Shown piece after piece: positions 13,401 through 25,432 of a DNA stretch of 64,000 nt. The position numbers were made by a program, and so were the translations under genes. Under the pieces are notes generated by a model. That model was given only the letters and a program-made list of their open reading frames with translations, made no database searches and had not been told where the DNA came from. Within the stretch, counting starts at the first letter, position 1. The number at the start of each line of letters is the position of its first letter. Source of the stretch: Heptranchias perlo. Its lineage: Eukaryota. Location: the NCBI RefSeq assembly GCF_035084215.1, contig NC_090340.1, positions 3,472,001 to 3,536,000 of the forward strand, in the 5' to 3' direction.

Positions 13401-14765
13401 TTCAGTTTCAATTTGGCCCTTATTTCTTTATTCATCCATGGTGTGTCATTACTGTCGAGTTTTGTCTTGCTTTTTCGTGGGATATATTTCTCCTGGACTC
13501 TTGTGATCACCGTTTTATACATTTCCCACTGCCGTTCTATTTCTTTCATTGTCAGTAATTTTTTCCAGTTGATTTTTCCTAGTTCCATTCTCATCTTCTG
13601 AAAATCAACTTTTTCACCCAATTTATTACTTTTGCCTTTGTCTTACTTACATCCTTCTCAATCTTTACCTTAAACGTTTTTATGATGTGATCACGATTGC
13701 CTAGATGTTCCCCTAAGCTTTATTTTCTTATTTGTCCTGGTTCATTTCCCATTACTAGATCCAGCAGTGCTTCCTCTCTTGTTGAGCTTTCTACGCACTG
13801 AGTGAGAATCTGTCCTGCACACATTGTAAAAACTCTATTCTCTGTACCCGTTTTGTACCTCTTCTGGCCTACTCCTACTCCTATCTCTTATGGTCTCTTA
13901 TGGATTATGCTCTTTTCTTGACAGTTTATTGGGGATGGGTAAAATTGCCTACATACTTGTTCCTCTACCTCCTCCCACTATTAGGTGGTCTATAGTGGAT
14001 CCCCATTCGCGTGATCGTGATAGTGGATCCCCATTCGCGTGTTCGATCTCTTATGTATGATTTCAATCCGCATAGAATCTGTTTCTATCATTCTGTTAGT
14101 TATGTCCCTTTTTTTCTAATGCCAATATATTATCCCTAATTAGTACAGCAACTCCATCTCCCTTTCTTTCTCCCTATCCTTTGTGATTAAACCTGCAATA
14201 TTCACTTGCTAGTCCTGTTCTTTATGGAGCCATGTTTCACTTATTCCTACTACATCTGTTTCCTCATTTCGGATTATTGCCTCCAGTTCCCCCGTTTTAT
14301 TTCGGTCGCTGTGTACATTGCTGGGCAGATAGTTTAAATCGTCCTTTTTACTTGTTTCATTCAATTTTACACGTTTTACCTTATCATTTTTCTTATTTGT
14401 CACTCCCACTTTGTTGATTTCAGCTTTTTTATTGTTTCCCAGACCCGGAGTATATATGGTTTCTACAACACTGGCCTGGATTTTACTCTGGTCCCTTGTT
14501 CTTACTCTTGTTTTTTCTTTTTTACTAATATTTTTCTCTGAACCGCCCCCCTTATCGAGTTAAAGTCTTATTAACCACCCTATTTATCCTTTCCACTTGG
14601 ACCTTGCTCCCAGCTGTTTCAGATGCAGCCCGTCGCAACTGTACAGCTCCTTCCTGTCCTATTACTGGTGCCAGTGTCCCATGAAAAAGAACCCGTCTTT
14701 CCCACTCTAATCCTTCAGCCACGTGTTTATTTCCTGATCTGTTTGTCCCTATGCCATTTCGCATC
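10455..14765 (-). mobile_element. Older degraded CR1 LINE (end of ORF1, EN, RT), interrupted by a younger CR1
   Basis: Fragments VVGISETWL (EN), SQHGFQKGRSCVTN, SGVPQGSLLGP and KFVADAK lie in colinear order on the minus strand with many stops and frameshifts. Confidence 0.88.
11943..13222 (-). mobile_element. Younger CR1 3' fragment nested in the older CR1
   Basis: 3' tail taggaacataggaatatagg at 11943; RT motifs KGRSCLT and KFADDT; very similar to 49462-50362. Confidence 0.92.
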
Positions 14766-14932
14766 AATGCAGCGACTGAAGGGAATGCCGATTTCTTGCA
14801 GCATGTTTCCTCATGTTCTTAACATTGTAGCAAATTCGCCCACTCCACGATCTAAAAAATCGCGTCTGTGATCTGGGCACACGCGGGAAATGGAAATCGC
14901 TAAACTTGGCACTGCGGGCCTGTGACTTTGTG

Positions 14933-15290
14933 CTTTTTTTTCAATTCATTCTGGAGATGCGCGCATGCTGGCAAGGCTGGCATTTATTACCCATCCCTAG
15001 TTACTTTGAGAAGTTAGTGGTGGGCTTGCTAGGACACTTCAGAGGGCAGTTAAGCGTCAACCTCACTGGTTTGGGACTGCAGTCACAAAGAGGTCAAACT
15101 AGGTGAATGCGGCAGGTTTCGTTCCCTGAAGGACATTAGTGAACCACATGGGGATTTAAGACAATCCAACAGCTTCATGCTCACTCTTACTGATACCAAC
15201 TATATATACGGATTTTTAAAACTTAATTCAAAATCTCAAACTGCCATGTAGGATTTGAATTCGCATTCTCTGGGTTTCGTCCAGAGTTAT
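14933..15290 (-). mobile_element. tRNA-headed SINE sharing its head/core and its 3' tail with the family B LINE
   Basis: The minus strand reads box B-like gaattcaaatcc, core ggttcactaatgtccttcaggg..cctgcc.., then tail ..ttctcaaag..agggatgggtaataaatgccagccttgcc; these match 24200-24470 and 27520-27590. Confidence 0.8.
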
Positions 15291-15810
15291 TTAATGGACA
15301 CAAAATCATGGAGTGCGGTTGTACAATTGCGCAATATATTGCCCGCTGTGTTCAGGAGACAACAGCAGATATTTTTTTTCTGTTCACTACAGTTGATGGT
15401 AACTTTTAAGCTATATGTTGATGGTTACTTAAACTATATGTTGCTTCACAATCCTGAGGTGACAATTCGAAGTCGGGTGCCTCTGACTTACTGTCACAGA
15501 TACAGACAAGTCTAATGTTTCTACGCCTGTTTGTTGCATAATTACTGGTATCACTCTGCACTATTTTTGTATAAATCTTTACAACGACAGAATAACGCGG
15601 GGCAAATCATTTCAATGCTAGTTTTACGCTCGGACTCTTCTTTATATTTACATTCGAAATATAATGGAATAGATTATGGAAACATACCGGCTGTTTGCAA
15701 TGGTCTGAGCTTTCATCGTCGTTCTGCGCTCCTGGTAATGAACGAATTTCAAGACTTTACAATGAAGCATTTCATTAGCTTAGAAATACACTAAGTGGTG
15801 GACTTAATGT

Positions 15811-16255
15811 AAGAACATAAGAACATAAAACATAAAAAATAAGAGCAGGTGTAGGCCATACGCACTCGAGCCTACACCGCCATTTAATAAAATCAGGGCT
15901 GATCTTCGAACTCAACTCCACTTTCCCGCCTGATCCCCATATCCCTAAATTCCCATAGAGTCCAAAAATCTATCGATCTCATTCTTGAATAAACTCAACT
16001 ACTGAGCACCCACAGCCCCCTGAGTTGAAGAATTCCAAATATTCACGACCTTCTGAGTGAAGAAATTCCTCCTCGTTTCAGTCCTAAATGGTCGACCCCT
16101 TACCCTGAGACTGTGCCCCCTAGTTCTCGACTCTCCAGTCAGGGGAAATAGCGTCTCAGCATCTACCCTCTCAAGGCCTCTCAGAACCTTATGTTTCAAT
16201 GAGATCACCTCTCATTGTTCTAAACACCAGAGAGTATAGGCTCATTCTACTCAAT
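15811..16255 (-). mobile_element. CR1 3' fragment
   Basis: aagaacataagaacata tail; ESRTRGHSLRVRGRPFRTE..RNFFTQ. Confidence 0.9.
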
Positions 16256-16836
16256 GTAAAATATTACATGATCTTGATATCATATTTAAGGAATTGCTTA
16301 GATTCTGACCTGTGATTAACAATAATGACGGCATTGATCATCTACCGACGGGGTCTTGCACGCAGCAACAGGATGATTGGAAAATCCCAGGAACACTGCC
16401 CACTATTCCATGTCCATTGTCCTGAATGGATGGAAAGTCGCAGGCGATGAAAGATTGTTTTCCAATACAGATCCCGCTGAGTGCCAGTCTCAGCAGATGG
16501 CTGGGGGGTGCTGGGAAATTCCGCTGCATTTTACGCAGCATGTAAGAAATTCGAATCTACCTCCACACCAGTAGTGATAAAAATCATAGTCCACAAATTA
16601 GTTGTTGAAATTTGTATAAATGAAACAGACTGTGGTGAAAGTGAAGGGACCCTTATACTTTTCAACCTAAGGGAAATCGATAATCACCAACAGTTCCAGT
16701 TCCTGTGTGACAGCGTAACTGCACTTTGACCGTTAAGTTACAATATACTCCTTTTCTATCTACATGTAACAGGAACTTCCCGCTCTCTCTTCGAAAGTTG
16801 TGTTTACATTAATAAAAATACTAAATGATTACTTAC

Positions 16837-16947
16837 CTTTATTCTTCTTTGAGAGACATCGCTTCCCGATGATGAGAACTAATACCGCGAATACCAACCC
16901 GACCCCTGCACATGCAGAAATCAGCAAGTAACGGGTGATCTGACCAC
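16837..16947 (-). CDS. IgSF receptor transmembrane exon
   Basis: AG/GT-bounded 111-nt phase 1-1 exon encoding GGQITRYLLISACAGVGLVFAVLVLIIGKRCLSKKNK: hydrophobic span with no charged residue, then a basic stop-transfer segment; donor AG|GTAAGT. Confidence 0.9.
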
Positions 16948-17566
16948 CTATTAGATTTAGATGAAATATATAAATATGAAGTAGTACACTATTCAATTCA
17001 ACAAGATCACGACTTAAAAGATCGTGAATATTTTAATCAATTTTTGCTATTTTATTACTTTTTATTTAAAGTATAGTTTTATGAAACAAAATAAAACATG
17101 AGCTATGTTTAATTTTTCATGCTTGTGAAATAAGTTATATTTACATTATGTTTCCTTATACTCAAATCTGATTGCAATAAGACTTCGATATAAGTGTGAT
17201 AATGATTAATTTGTTACTTTATAAGAAGCTAATAACTGTTGCTAAAATTATAGATGTCTGCAGGTTGCGAGCACGGTTTAAGTGATGTAGGAAACAGCGG
17301 TCCAGCTCCGATGCGTTGCGACTTGGGGAACGGCAGGATACGGCTTACATCCCGATATTGTCACAAGCGTCAGTTCCATATCTCGACCGTGACTCCCACT
17401 GGGGCAGGTGATGCTGAACTGCTGTTGCAGAGGCTTTGGAGCAGTACACCTGGCATAAATCCACAGATTTGATGATGGAGGTGGGGCCGGGTCTGGAGGG
17501 AGGGGGGTGGGGAGCGATCACAGTAATCGGTTCTATTTGCAGGATAACTGAGATCTGCTATCTTAC

Positions 17567-17875
17567 CTATAGGATAGGTGACAATGTGAGTGGCCGTGGC
17601 TGGAATTTGTAATGTAACGTGAGACACCAGGCAGGTATAAACAGTCCCAGTTGGAACAGGCGGTGTATCATCCAAACGGCTGGAAGCTTCATATAGTCCA
17701 TCGGTGTTGAGTTGTATAACGTTACTTATCTCTGTTGTAGTTTTGGTCCCATCTTTATACCAAGTGAAGGTGATATTCTCCGGGTAAAACGGAGATGTCG
17801 CGCACACAATAGTCAGAGACGCAGATGAATCCTTTTCATGTTCTTGAGAGGTAATTTTCAGCGGAGTTGGCGGAA
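17567..17875 (-). CDS. IgSF receptor C1-set domain exon
   Basis: 309-nt phase 1-1 exon VPPTPLKI...[23 protein letters not shown]...[10 protein letters not shown]...[10 protein letters not shown], with the C1 hallmarks CxxxxFYP, W and YxCxVxH; acceptor tttttctag, donor gtaag. Confidence 0.95.
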
Positions 17876-18038
17876 CTAGAAAAATTGAGGAAAGCAACGT
17901 TCCTCGGGCATCAGTCAAGGTCATCAACAGTCGCTTTGTTTCGTCCGAATCCGGACAGCACGATGAGGGGAGATATTCACTGTGCGCTATCGGTAGCGAC
18001 ATCGTAAACGGCATCTTCGTAAATGTTCACATTATCTC

Positions 18039-18157
18039 GGGGGTAATTTTATCTTTTATCCCCGGGCGATAAAGGGTGACCGCTGATGGGAAAGAAAATC
18101 GGGCGGCCGATTAACTATCGCCTGTTTTGCGGTACCGCTGCCGACCAATTCCACCCC
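18039..18157. mobile_element. MITE-like element (intronic)
   Basis: ggggtaatttt ... aattccacccc termini; same family as 2005, 43724 and 47969. Confidence 0.6.
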
Positions 18158-18784
18158 TTTAATTATAGCAGCTGATGATAAAGTACAATTTTCCCAAACG
18201 CGAGGGACTTTGACACAAAGTTTCTGGATGATATCCTATTTACTGGAGGCTAAAAAGATGATGAAAATATGGCGTGCGTGGCTCAAGTTACTGAGTGCGG
18301 ACTTTAACTGTTAGTCACACCCGGCTTTCAACGATCTTAACATAAAGACCATTAAGTTACAAATGAGCGAATCTGAATTCCAATAGAAACGGTCAGCCTT
18401 CCCGAACCAATACAGACAAAATAAACCAACGAACTGGTTAAGATTTTGCTTACTTTGGCAGATCCGCGTTGGTATCCAATGCTGTCGAGATATATATATC
18501 CTTAACGGATACTGCAATTTTAACTTAATATGCTTGTTGTATAAATGCTGACTGTGTGTGTTTGGGCTAATATTACTACCAGATAATCCTCTTGTTGATT
18601 AATATTGCTAAAATATTGTAATACCCAATAGCATGTAACGTGTAGCAGCCTACATGCAATTTGAATTTATAAATACAAAACGATTGGAATGTAAGTTGCA
18701 ATGTGAATCCTTCAAAGCACACCAGAGAAATGATTCGAATATTACAGTCACAGAGATCGCATTCGTCGCTATTTTCATACTTAC

Positions 18785-19105
18785 CCCATACTGCTAAATA
18801 TGATCCAGTTCCGTTTCCAGCTATTCTCCCTTGATGGGCGACAGTGCAATAATACAATCCCGAGTCCTTTACAGTCACATTGATTAACCGAAGGAAGCCG
18901 CTGAATTTAGTTTTGAAGCCAGTTACTTTTCTCTCATCAGGTCCTGTGCTGAGATATTTATTATCACCCTGTTTCCACCAGTGCACGTTCACACGTGGGC
19001 CGTCTTGAAATAAGGGAATCGAGCAATGAAAGGAGACGCTTGTACCTAAGATTGCGCTCGCGCTTCCAGGGAGTTGAGTCACTTTGACCGAAGTATCGCC
19101 GGAGT
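18785..19105 (-). CDS. IgSF receptor V-set domain exon with germline-joined J-like motif
   Basis: 321-nt phase 1-1 exon DSGDTSVKVTQLP...FHCSIP...VHWWKQ...LRLINVTVKDSGLYYC...GNGTGSYLAVW; canonical C, W, DxGxYYC and a GxG G-strand; acceptor ttttcttttccgatag, donor gtaagt. Confidence 0.95.
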
Positions 19106-19277
19106 CTATCGGAAAAGAAAATCAAAAACGAATTAGCGAGATTGTGTTACAGGAGAAAAGGCGCGAGGGTAAGGGAGTCAGGCAAAGAGTCCAAACGACA
19201 GTGATACATTTTATATGAAAGTAAAGTATCTACTTGCGCGTTTTAGCTATAAAGCGGGTTGTAGAAGAAACAGGTAC

Positions 19278-19332
19278 CTATGGAAATGATTCCCAGAACA
19301 GAGATGCAATGAAGTGCAACGCTCACCAACAT
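19278..19332 (-). CDS. IgSF receptor leader (signal peptide) exon
   Basis: ATG at 19332; encodes MLVSVALHCISVLGIISI plus a phase-1 G|gtacc; joins the V exon in frame (G+AC = Asp) across a 172-nt intron. Confidence 0.85.
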
Positions 19333-20754
19333 TCTGAGCCAATTAATCACTCGGAGCGACAGACCGTGAACTGGCTGATGGTTTGTAAGAACACTGAGGG
19401 GCCGGAGTATGAAATACGTCACAATGAAGCATGATACTGTCAATGGATTCAGAAAATGCCCTTTTTTGTCTGTTTGGTGAGATTTGCTGAAACAATTGTA
19501 TATTCGCCAGAAGAGGGCGCAGCTCGGAATTTTAAGTTTGTGCAGCTGGACCGGCCCAGCCACGGGACCTTCCAACCGAAGGAAAACTGTGAAGAAAAGG
19601 TTATGCACTCGTTTCGGAATTGCAGATTACAGTGCACTGCGCCTAGTATTTCCACGGGAGTTTTCTGACGGTAGACCGGTGGAATCCCATGAAGATTGGT
19701 ATCCTGGTGTTGAATTTCCTTTGAATTTATTCGCCAAACCTGCACAATCTTAGCAGGGAGGAGTAAAACGGAGAGGGGACAGGACGTCTTGAAACACCGG
19801 CCCTTGTCCCTCACTGTGATTATCTCCAGAAGTGGAGGAGATCAGAAGAATTACAGGCACCTTATTGGCGGAGGTAAGGAAATGACGTGTGTAACAGATG
19901 ATATCACTCATTCCAAATCCGTTATTTATGCCAGGATTACCCCGTCTGTCGCTGGAGTCGATACCTGCAGCAGGGCATCGAGGTAGAAGTAACCTTTTAA
20001 AATATGTTTTTGGTTCTACAAGCACTGCCAGTAACTTGGCAATTTATGAATTGGAGCCGGCCTGCAATCTATCTATGTCTCGTCTTTGGGGTAGAAGGGA
20101 ATGTTTTCCCTTAGATCTCACACAAGCTTCACTATGGGTTTCCCAAAAGGGAATGTTCTCCACAGTATCTTAACCGGGATATAATAAGATTAGGGGATGA
20201 GCATCACAGGGAACATAGTTCATTGGGCATCACAAGATGAGAATAAGGCCTAGGCCAATCATCCCTCCAAAAAGTCTCTCAAGAGATATAACCGGGGAGA
20301 CTTCACTGACAAAAGAATCTCTGGATGAGAAGCCAGACCTGAAACCAGCTTCCACCTCTAGCACATCACTTAGTCTCGGCGGGGTCATTATCCATGGGAC
20401 AGGACAGTTGGCTCCACCACCCAGGTTGACATGATGTTCTTCCCCCAAAAGATCAGTTACCTCGACAGGAGAAGCTTCCTCTCCCTCAATGTACAGATTG
20501 TGTCTGATAACATGCACAGGATCCTACGTTTCAATGTGAGATATGCTTGAAGTTGTCACGACAGATTCATCCATTAAAATTCGACTGTCCCTGACCGCCA
20601 CTGGGAGTAAAATTACGTCAACGGATGGCTTGCAGGTGACAAAACCTACCTCCTGTTCTCATTGAAAACGATCCCATGAAGCGTGGCTTGAACAACAGCA
20701 GGGGAGCGCTACAATGAGACACATACCACTGAATGATTTGTTATTGAAATGTCA

Positions 20755-21530
20755 ATCAGTGCTGTGGATAGTACACACTGCAGCTACAGTGAAGGGAGTG
20801 GATGCTGAAAATGGTGGATGGGCTGCTAATCAAGTGGACTATTTTGCCCTGGATGGTGCGTAGTTTCTTGAGTGTTGTTGCAGCTGCACCCATTCAGCGA
20901 AGTGGAGAGTATAACATCATGCTCCTGCTTATGCATTCTGGGTAGTGGTAGTGGGGATTCTTTGGGGAATCAGGAGGTGAGCCATTCGCCACATAACATA
21001 GGGACTCTGACCAGCACTAGTACCCACGGCTTTTATGTGGGTGGCCCAGTTGAGGGTTTGATTAATGGCGACCCCCGGGTGTTTATGGTGGCGGACTCGA
21101 AGATGGTCATGCCATTGAATGTCAAGGCCAGGCGGTTAGGCTGTCTCTTGTTGAAGATGCCACTGACTAACATTTGTATGATGTAAATGTTACTTTCCAC
21201 TTATGAGCTGAAATCTGGAGCTCTCACTGCGTGCTAGCGAGGACTGTATCATGAGCTGAGGAATTGTAAATGGAGCTGCACACTGAACAATCATCAACCC
21301 CACTTATGACCTTATGATGGAGGAAATGCCATTGTTGAAGCAGATGAAGATAGTTGGGCCTCGGACTTTGCCCCGGGGACAAGATGATACTCCTCCAAAA
21401 ATCCCAATCATCTTTCTTTGTGTCAGCTATGACTCTAACCGCTGGAGAGGTTTCCCCCTGATCCCCATTGATTTCAGTTTTATTAGGGCTCTTTGGCGCC
21501 GCACTCAGCAGAATGCATTTGCCGCCTTTG
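20755..21530 (-). mobile_element. Old degraded copy of the family B LINE (RT 3' part)
   Basis: Colinear similarity to 5640-6450 (gatagtacacactgcagc, gccctggatggtg, gaagcagatgaagatagttgggcc). Confidence 0.8.
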
Positions 21531-21559
21531 TCATCTAGGTGATTACCACCTACCACTCT

Positions 21560-22900
21560 ATTAATTGGCAGCATGCCTGGTGAAGAGGGAGGTAAATAGG
21601 GTTTCACTGACGCCACTTAAAGGCAGCCAGTTCTTCTTAAAGGGGAAGTGCACTCTTCGCTGCAGACAGCAGTGAACGTTTCTGAAGAAAGAAAGGCATA
21701 CACCAGGAAATGTAAGGTGCACTGGGCAGCCTGTCAGCGGGCTTGCGAGCAGAGGGTCAGAACAAGGAGAAGTCCAGCTCCAACTTGTGTCAGGGCTGGG
21801 TGCAGAGCATGGGGACCATCCTATTCAACATTGGTTGAGTGTGAGCTCCATTAAGACCACAGTGGCAACCACCATGATGAATCCATTGCTGACAGCTCTG
21901 ACAGTTTCCATGGCAGCTCCCACTGCTGGTGTGGAAGCTTACATGGTGCCATCTTGGCTGTGGGGGGCAGTATTACCACGGGCTTCATGAATGTCACATC
22001 ACTCCTGCACTCAGTTCTCACGCAGAGCCATCGGAATGCTGAGGCAGAATCCCAGGAGATTGGACTTGGCTCCATGAGGCAGGCATTGTTGTCCTCTCTG
22101 AGAATGACCACATGACCGCTCCCTCAACACCCACTCCGCTAGTGCCACACAGCAAGCTGGGTCAGACTGCCGCGGCCCACCCTGAGATGCTGCTTTCTGC
22201 AGCCGTACCTTAAGGCACAGAGATGCGTGAGGTCGCTCACCCCGGCGATCTGAAGTGCTCTCTATGGAAGCTCAGCAGACTTCCACCTCCCAAGCTGCAG
22301 GCACTGGGGAAACACCTCGTAGGGGCAATAGGACAGATACACTAGCGCATGAGATAGGAACGAAGTGGTAGATAAGGAAAATTCTTAACTATTCTTGTGG
22401 ACAGATGCACAGATGGAATTAAGTTGTTGCATAATTTTTTTCTGGATTCGAATTCTGTGTTAATATTTGCAGTGAAATGAGCGCAAGACCCATCAGGCTG
22501 GACTGAAGGAAGGCAATCGGATGATGGAAGCAAGGACGATGGTGTTTAGGATTGTGGGAATGTTGGTATTTTGGGGATGAGAGGGATGGTTCACGTGAAA
22601 CGCTCTTGGATGAGCTGCTGTCTAAGAACTCTGGCATCTAGGGGCGCTGGTGGTCGATGTTGGTCTGTTCCTCCTCTTCTTCATGCTGCTCATCGTCCGC
22701 CTCCTTCTGCTCCTGCTGAAACCTTTGCTTCCCAGGTGGTGGCAAGTGTTGGTCCCTCATTATAGTGAAGTTATGCAGCTTACACCACATGCCCACAAAT
22801 CTAGCTACCCGGTCAGGATTGTACTGCAAAGCTCCTCCCACCAGTCCAAGCAGTGGGAGAGTTGCTTGAGCTCGCGCACTTAATTATATTTCCGGTAGTA
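21560..22900. mobile_element. PIF/Harbinger transposon remnant (HARBI1-like transposase C-terminus on the minus strand)
   Basis: ORF 22638..22841 GGALQYNPDRVARFVGMWCKLHNF plus an acidic tail matches the Harbinger DDE C-terminal motif (GGALQYxPxxVxxIxxxCCxLHN). The left boundary is uncertain. Confidence 0.72.
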
Positions 22901-22975
22901 GAATGGTACTCACTGCATGCCTGCTCTGTGGTTGTGCCCGGGTTCCTGACAGGAGTCACGAGTCCTGTTGGAGGT

Positions 22976-23292
22976 CCGGTATTTCGGATGAGGTGTTAAA
23001 CCGAGGCCCCGTCTGCCCGATCAGGTGGCCGAAAAAGGTCCCAGGCACTATTGAGAAGAAGAGCAGGGAGTTCTCCCCGGTTTCCTGACAAATATTCATC
23101 CCAACCGACATCACTAACACAGATTATCTGATCATTCATTTCATTGCTGTTTGTGGGATCTTGCTGTGCGGAAATAAGCTGTCCAATTCCCCACATCAGA
23201 ACAGTGACGACACTTCAAGAGTTCTTCATTGGCTGTAAACCGCTTTGAGACGGCCTGAGGTCGTGAAAGGAGCTATAAAAATGCCTGTCTTT
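22976..23292 (+). mobile_element. Deu-domain SINE, 5'-truncated
   Basis: tttcggatgag..gttaaaccgaggccccgtctgccc core through the gtcgtgaaagg.gctataaaaatgc tail. Confidence 0.85.
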
Positions 23293-23791
23293 AATTTTGT
23301 TCTCAACTGGGAACCAGCCACATCGCGTCCTGTGTATCAGCTTGGGCCACATCCCCACTACCACATCTGAATTAGCTGGTTGTATTTCATATTGATTCAG
23401 GCCTCATATTGTAGCTCCTGCTCCTTATCCTTATTCTTTATATAACTAATAGATCCACAAAGATTCTAATGGTAGTGCTTTATCCGACAGATTGTTTTTA
23501 CTTAAGGACAGCACCTTGAGTACTACATGCAAGTTATAAGTCTATATGCACACAAGTAGAATACCCAACGGGGTGCTCGAGCTTACACCTCACGAGACAG
23601 TTCGCAGTCTTGAGTCTCCACTTGTTCTAAAACTCACTGATATTTATACACCTGAGGACAATTCCTAAGCAGGGTCAGGTGATTTGATTCGAACCTATTA
23701 GGGTAGATCTTGACTTTGTGCCGTATGGAAATAAATATTGGGAGAAAAGTAAAACGGGCTGCCCATTCGCTATCCATTTAAATCCACGCGT

Positions 23792-24150
23792 TGGGGTTTT
23801 AACGGGTGGGAGAGGTGGTTAACGAATGCGATGGTGTTCAACCGATGGGAGAGTTGTTTAAAGGGTGGGAGTGTATGACGGATGGGAAAAGTTTTAAACG
23901 GGTGGGAGAGGTGTTTATCGAATGGGCGAGTTGTTTAAGCGGCGGTAGAATTGTTTAACGGGCGGGAGCGATGATTAATGGGTAAGGGTGTGTCTAAAGG
24001 GGGTGGGAGAGGTGTCTATGCGGTGGAAGAGGTGTGTAACGGGTGTGAGAGGTATTTTCCTTATAGGAGAGGCGTATAATGGGTGGGACAGATGTATAAG
24101 GGTGGGAGGGTGTTTAAAGAGTGCGGGATGAAGAGGTGTGTTACGGTTGG
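23792..24150. repeat. 20-bp G-rich minisatellite, left block
   Basis: Degenerate tandem copies of AACGGGTGGGAGAGGTGTTT. Confidence 0.92.
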
Positions 24151-25331
24151 AAGCATAGTGGTTATGTCACTGGACTAGTAATCCAGAGGCCTGGACTAAT
24201 AATCCGGAGTCATAAGTTCAATTCCCGCCACGGCAACTGGGGAATTTAAATTCAATTAATTAATTAAATAAAATTTGCAATTAAAAAAACTAGTATCAAT
24301 AATGGTGGCCATGAAACTACCGGATTGTCGTAAAAACCCATTTGGTTCACTAATCTCATTGAGGGTAGGAAATCTGCCGTCCTTACCCGGTCTGGCCTAT
24401 ATGTAACTCCAGACCCACAGCAATGTGGTTGATTCTTAATTGCACTCTGAAATGGCCCAGCAAGCCATTCAGTTGTAAAATCTCGCTAAAAAAGTCAGAA
24501 TAAGAATAAAACCGGACGGACCACTAGGCGCCGGACACGATAAAGGCAAACCCAGCCCTGTCGACCCTGCAAAGTCCTCCTCACAAACATCTGGGGAATT
24601 GTGCCAAAATTGGGAGAGCTGTCCACAGACGAGACAAGCAACAGCCTGACATAGCCACACTCACAGAATCACACCTTTCAGCCAACGTCCCAGAATCTTC
24701 CATCACCATCCCTGGGTATGTCCTGTCCCATCGGCAGGACAGACCAACCAGGGGTGGCAGAACAGTGATACACATTCAGGAGCGAGTGGCCCTGGGAGTC
24801 CTAACATTTACCTCGGACCCCATGAAATCTCATGGCATCAGGTCAAACATGGGTAAGGAAATCTCCTGCTGATTACCACCTACAGTCCACCCTCAGCTGA
24901 CGAATCAGTCCTCCTCCATGTTGAGCAACACTTGGAGGAAGCACTGAGGGCAGCAAGGGCACAGAATATGCTCTGGGAGGGGAATTCAATGTCCATTACA
25001 AAGTAGAGGCTAGGTAGCACCACTACTGACCGAGCCGGCCGAGTCCTGAAGGAAGTAGTTGTCAGACTGGGCCTGCAGCAGGTGGTGAGCGAACGAACAC
25101 GAGTTAAAAACCTACTTGACCTCATTCTCACCAATCTATCTGTCGCAGATGCATCTGTCCATGATATTATTAGTAGGGGTGACCACCGCACAGTACTCGT
25201 GGAGATGAAGTCTCCTATTCGCAATGAGGTTACCATCCAACGTGTTGTATGGCACTATCACCTTTCTAAATGGGATAATTGTAAACAATTTTACAACACC
25301 AAGTTATAGTCCAGCAATTTTATTTTAAATT

Positions 25332-25366
25332 CACAAGCTTTCGGAGGCTACCTCCTTCCTCAGGTG
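25332..25366 (-). ncRNA. Minimal type I hammerhead ribozyme motif
   Basis: Minus strand reads cac-CTGAGGA-aggagg-tag-cctcc-GAAA-gctt-gtg. Confidence 0.8.
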
Positions 25367-25397
25367 AACAATGTGGAAACGACATTTCCACATCGTT

Positions 25398-25432
25398 CAC
25401 CTGAGGAAGGAGATAGCCTCCGAAAGCTTGTG
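25398..25432 (+). ncRNA. Minimal type I hammerhead ribozyme motif
   Basis: cac-CTGAGGA-aggagatagcctcc-GAAA-gctt-gtg: CUGANGA and GAAA cores, stems I and II, and palindromic AAGCTT in place of stem III. Confidence 0.8.

Noticed and set aside
13992-14041. 22-bp direct repeat (atagtggatccccattcgcgtg twice)
   Set aside because: Local duplication within a dead CR1; no further structure.
18700-19105. Rearranging Ig/TCR V segment
   Set aside because: No heptamer-spacer-nonamer follows the V; the J-like strand and splice donor are in the same exon.
19415-19422. CRE-like GTGACGTA about 85 nt upstream of the receptor ATG
   Set aside because: A single short motif can occur by chance; not called without TSS or conservation data.
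23632-23670. Duplicated micro-exon (also 39518-39556) with a GTGAGT donor
   Set aside because: Better explained as the conserved TATA region of the two LTRs; the lengths differ (27 versus 28 nt) and there is no coding signal.
24151-24235. Functional tRNA gene
   Set aside because: It has A/B boxes but no clean cloverleaf or terminator and continues into SINE core sequence; it is a retroelement head.
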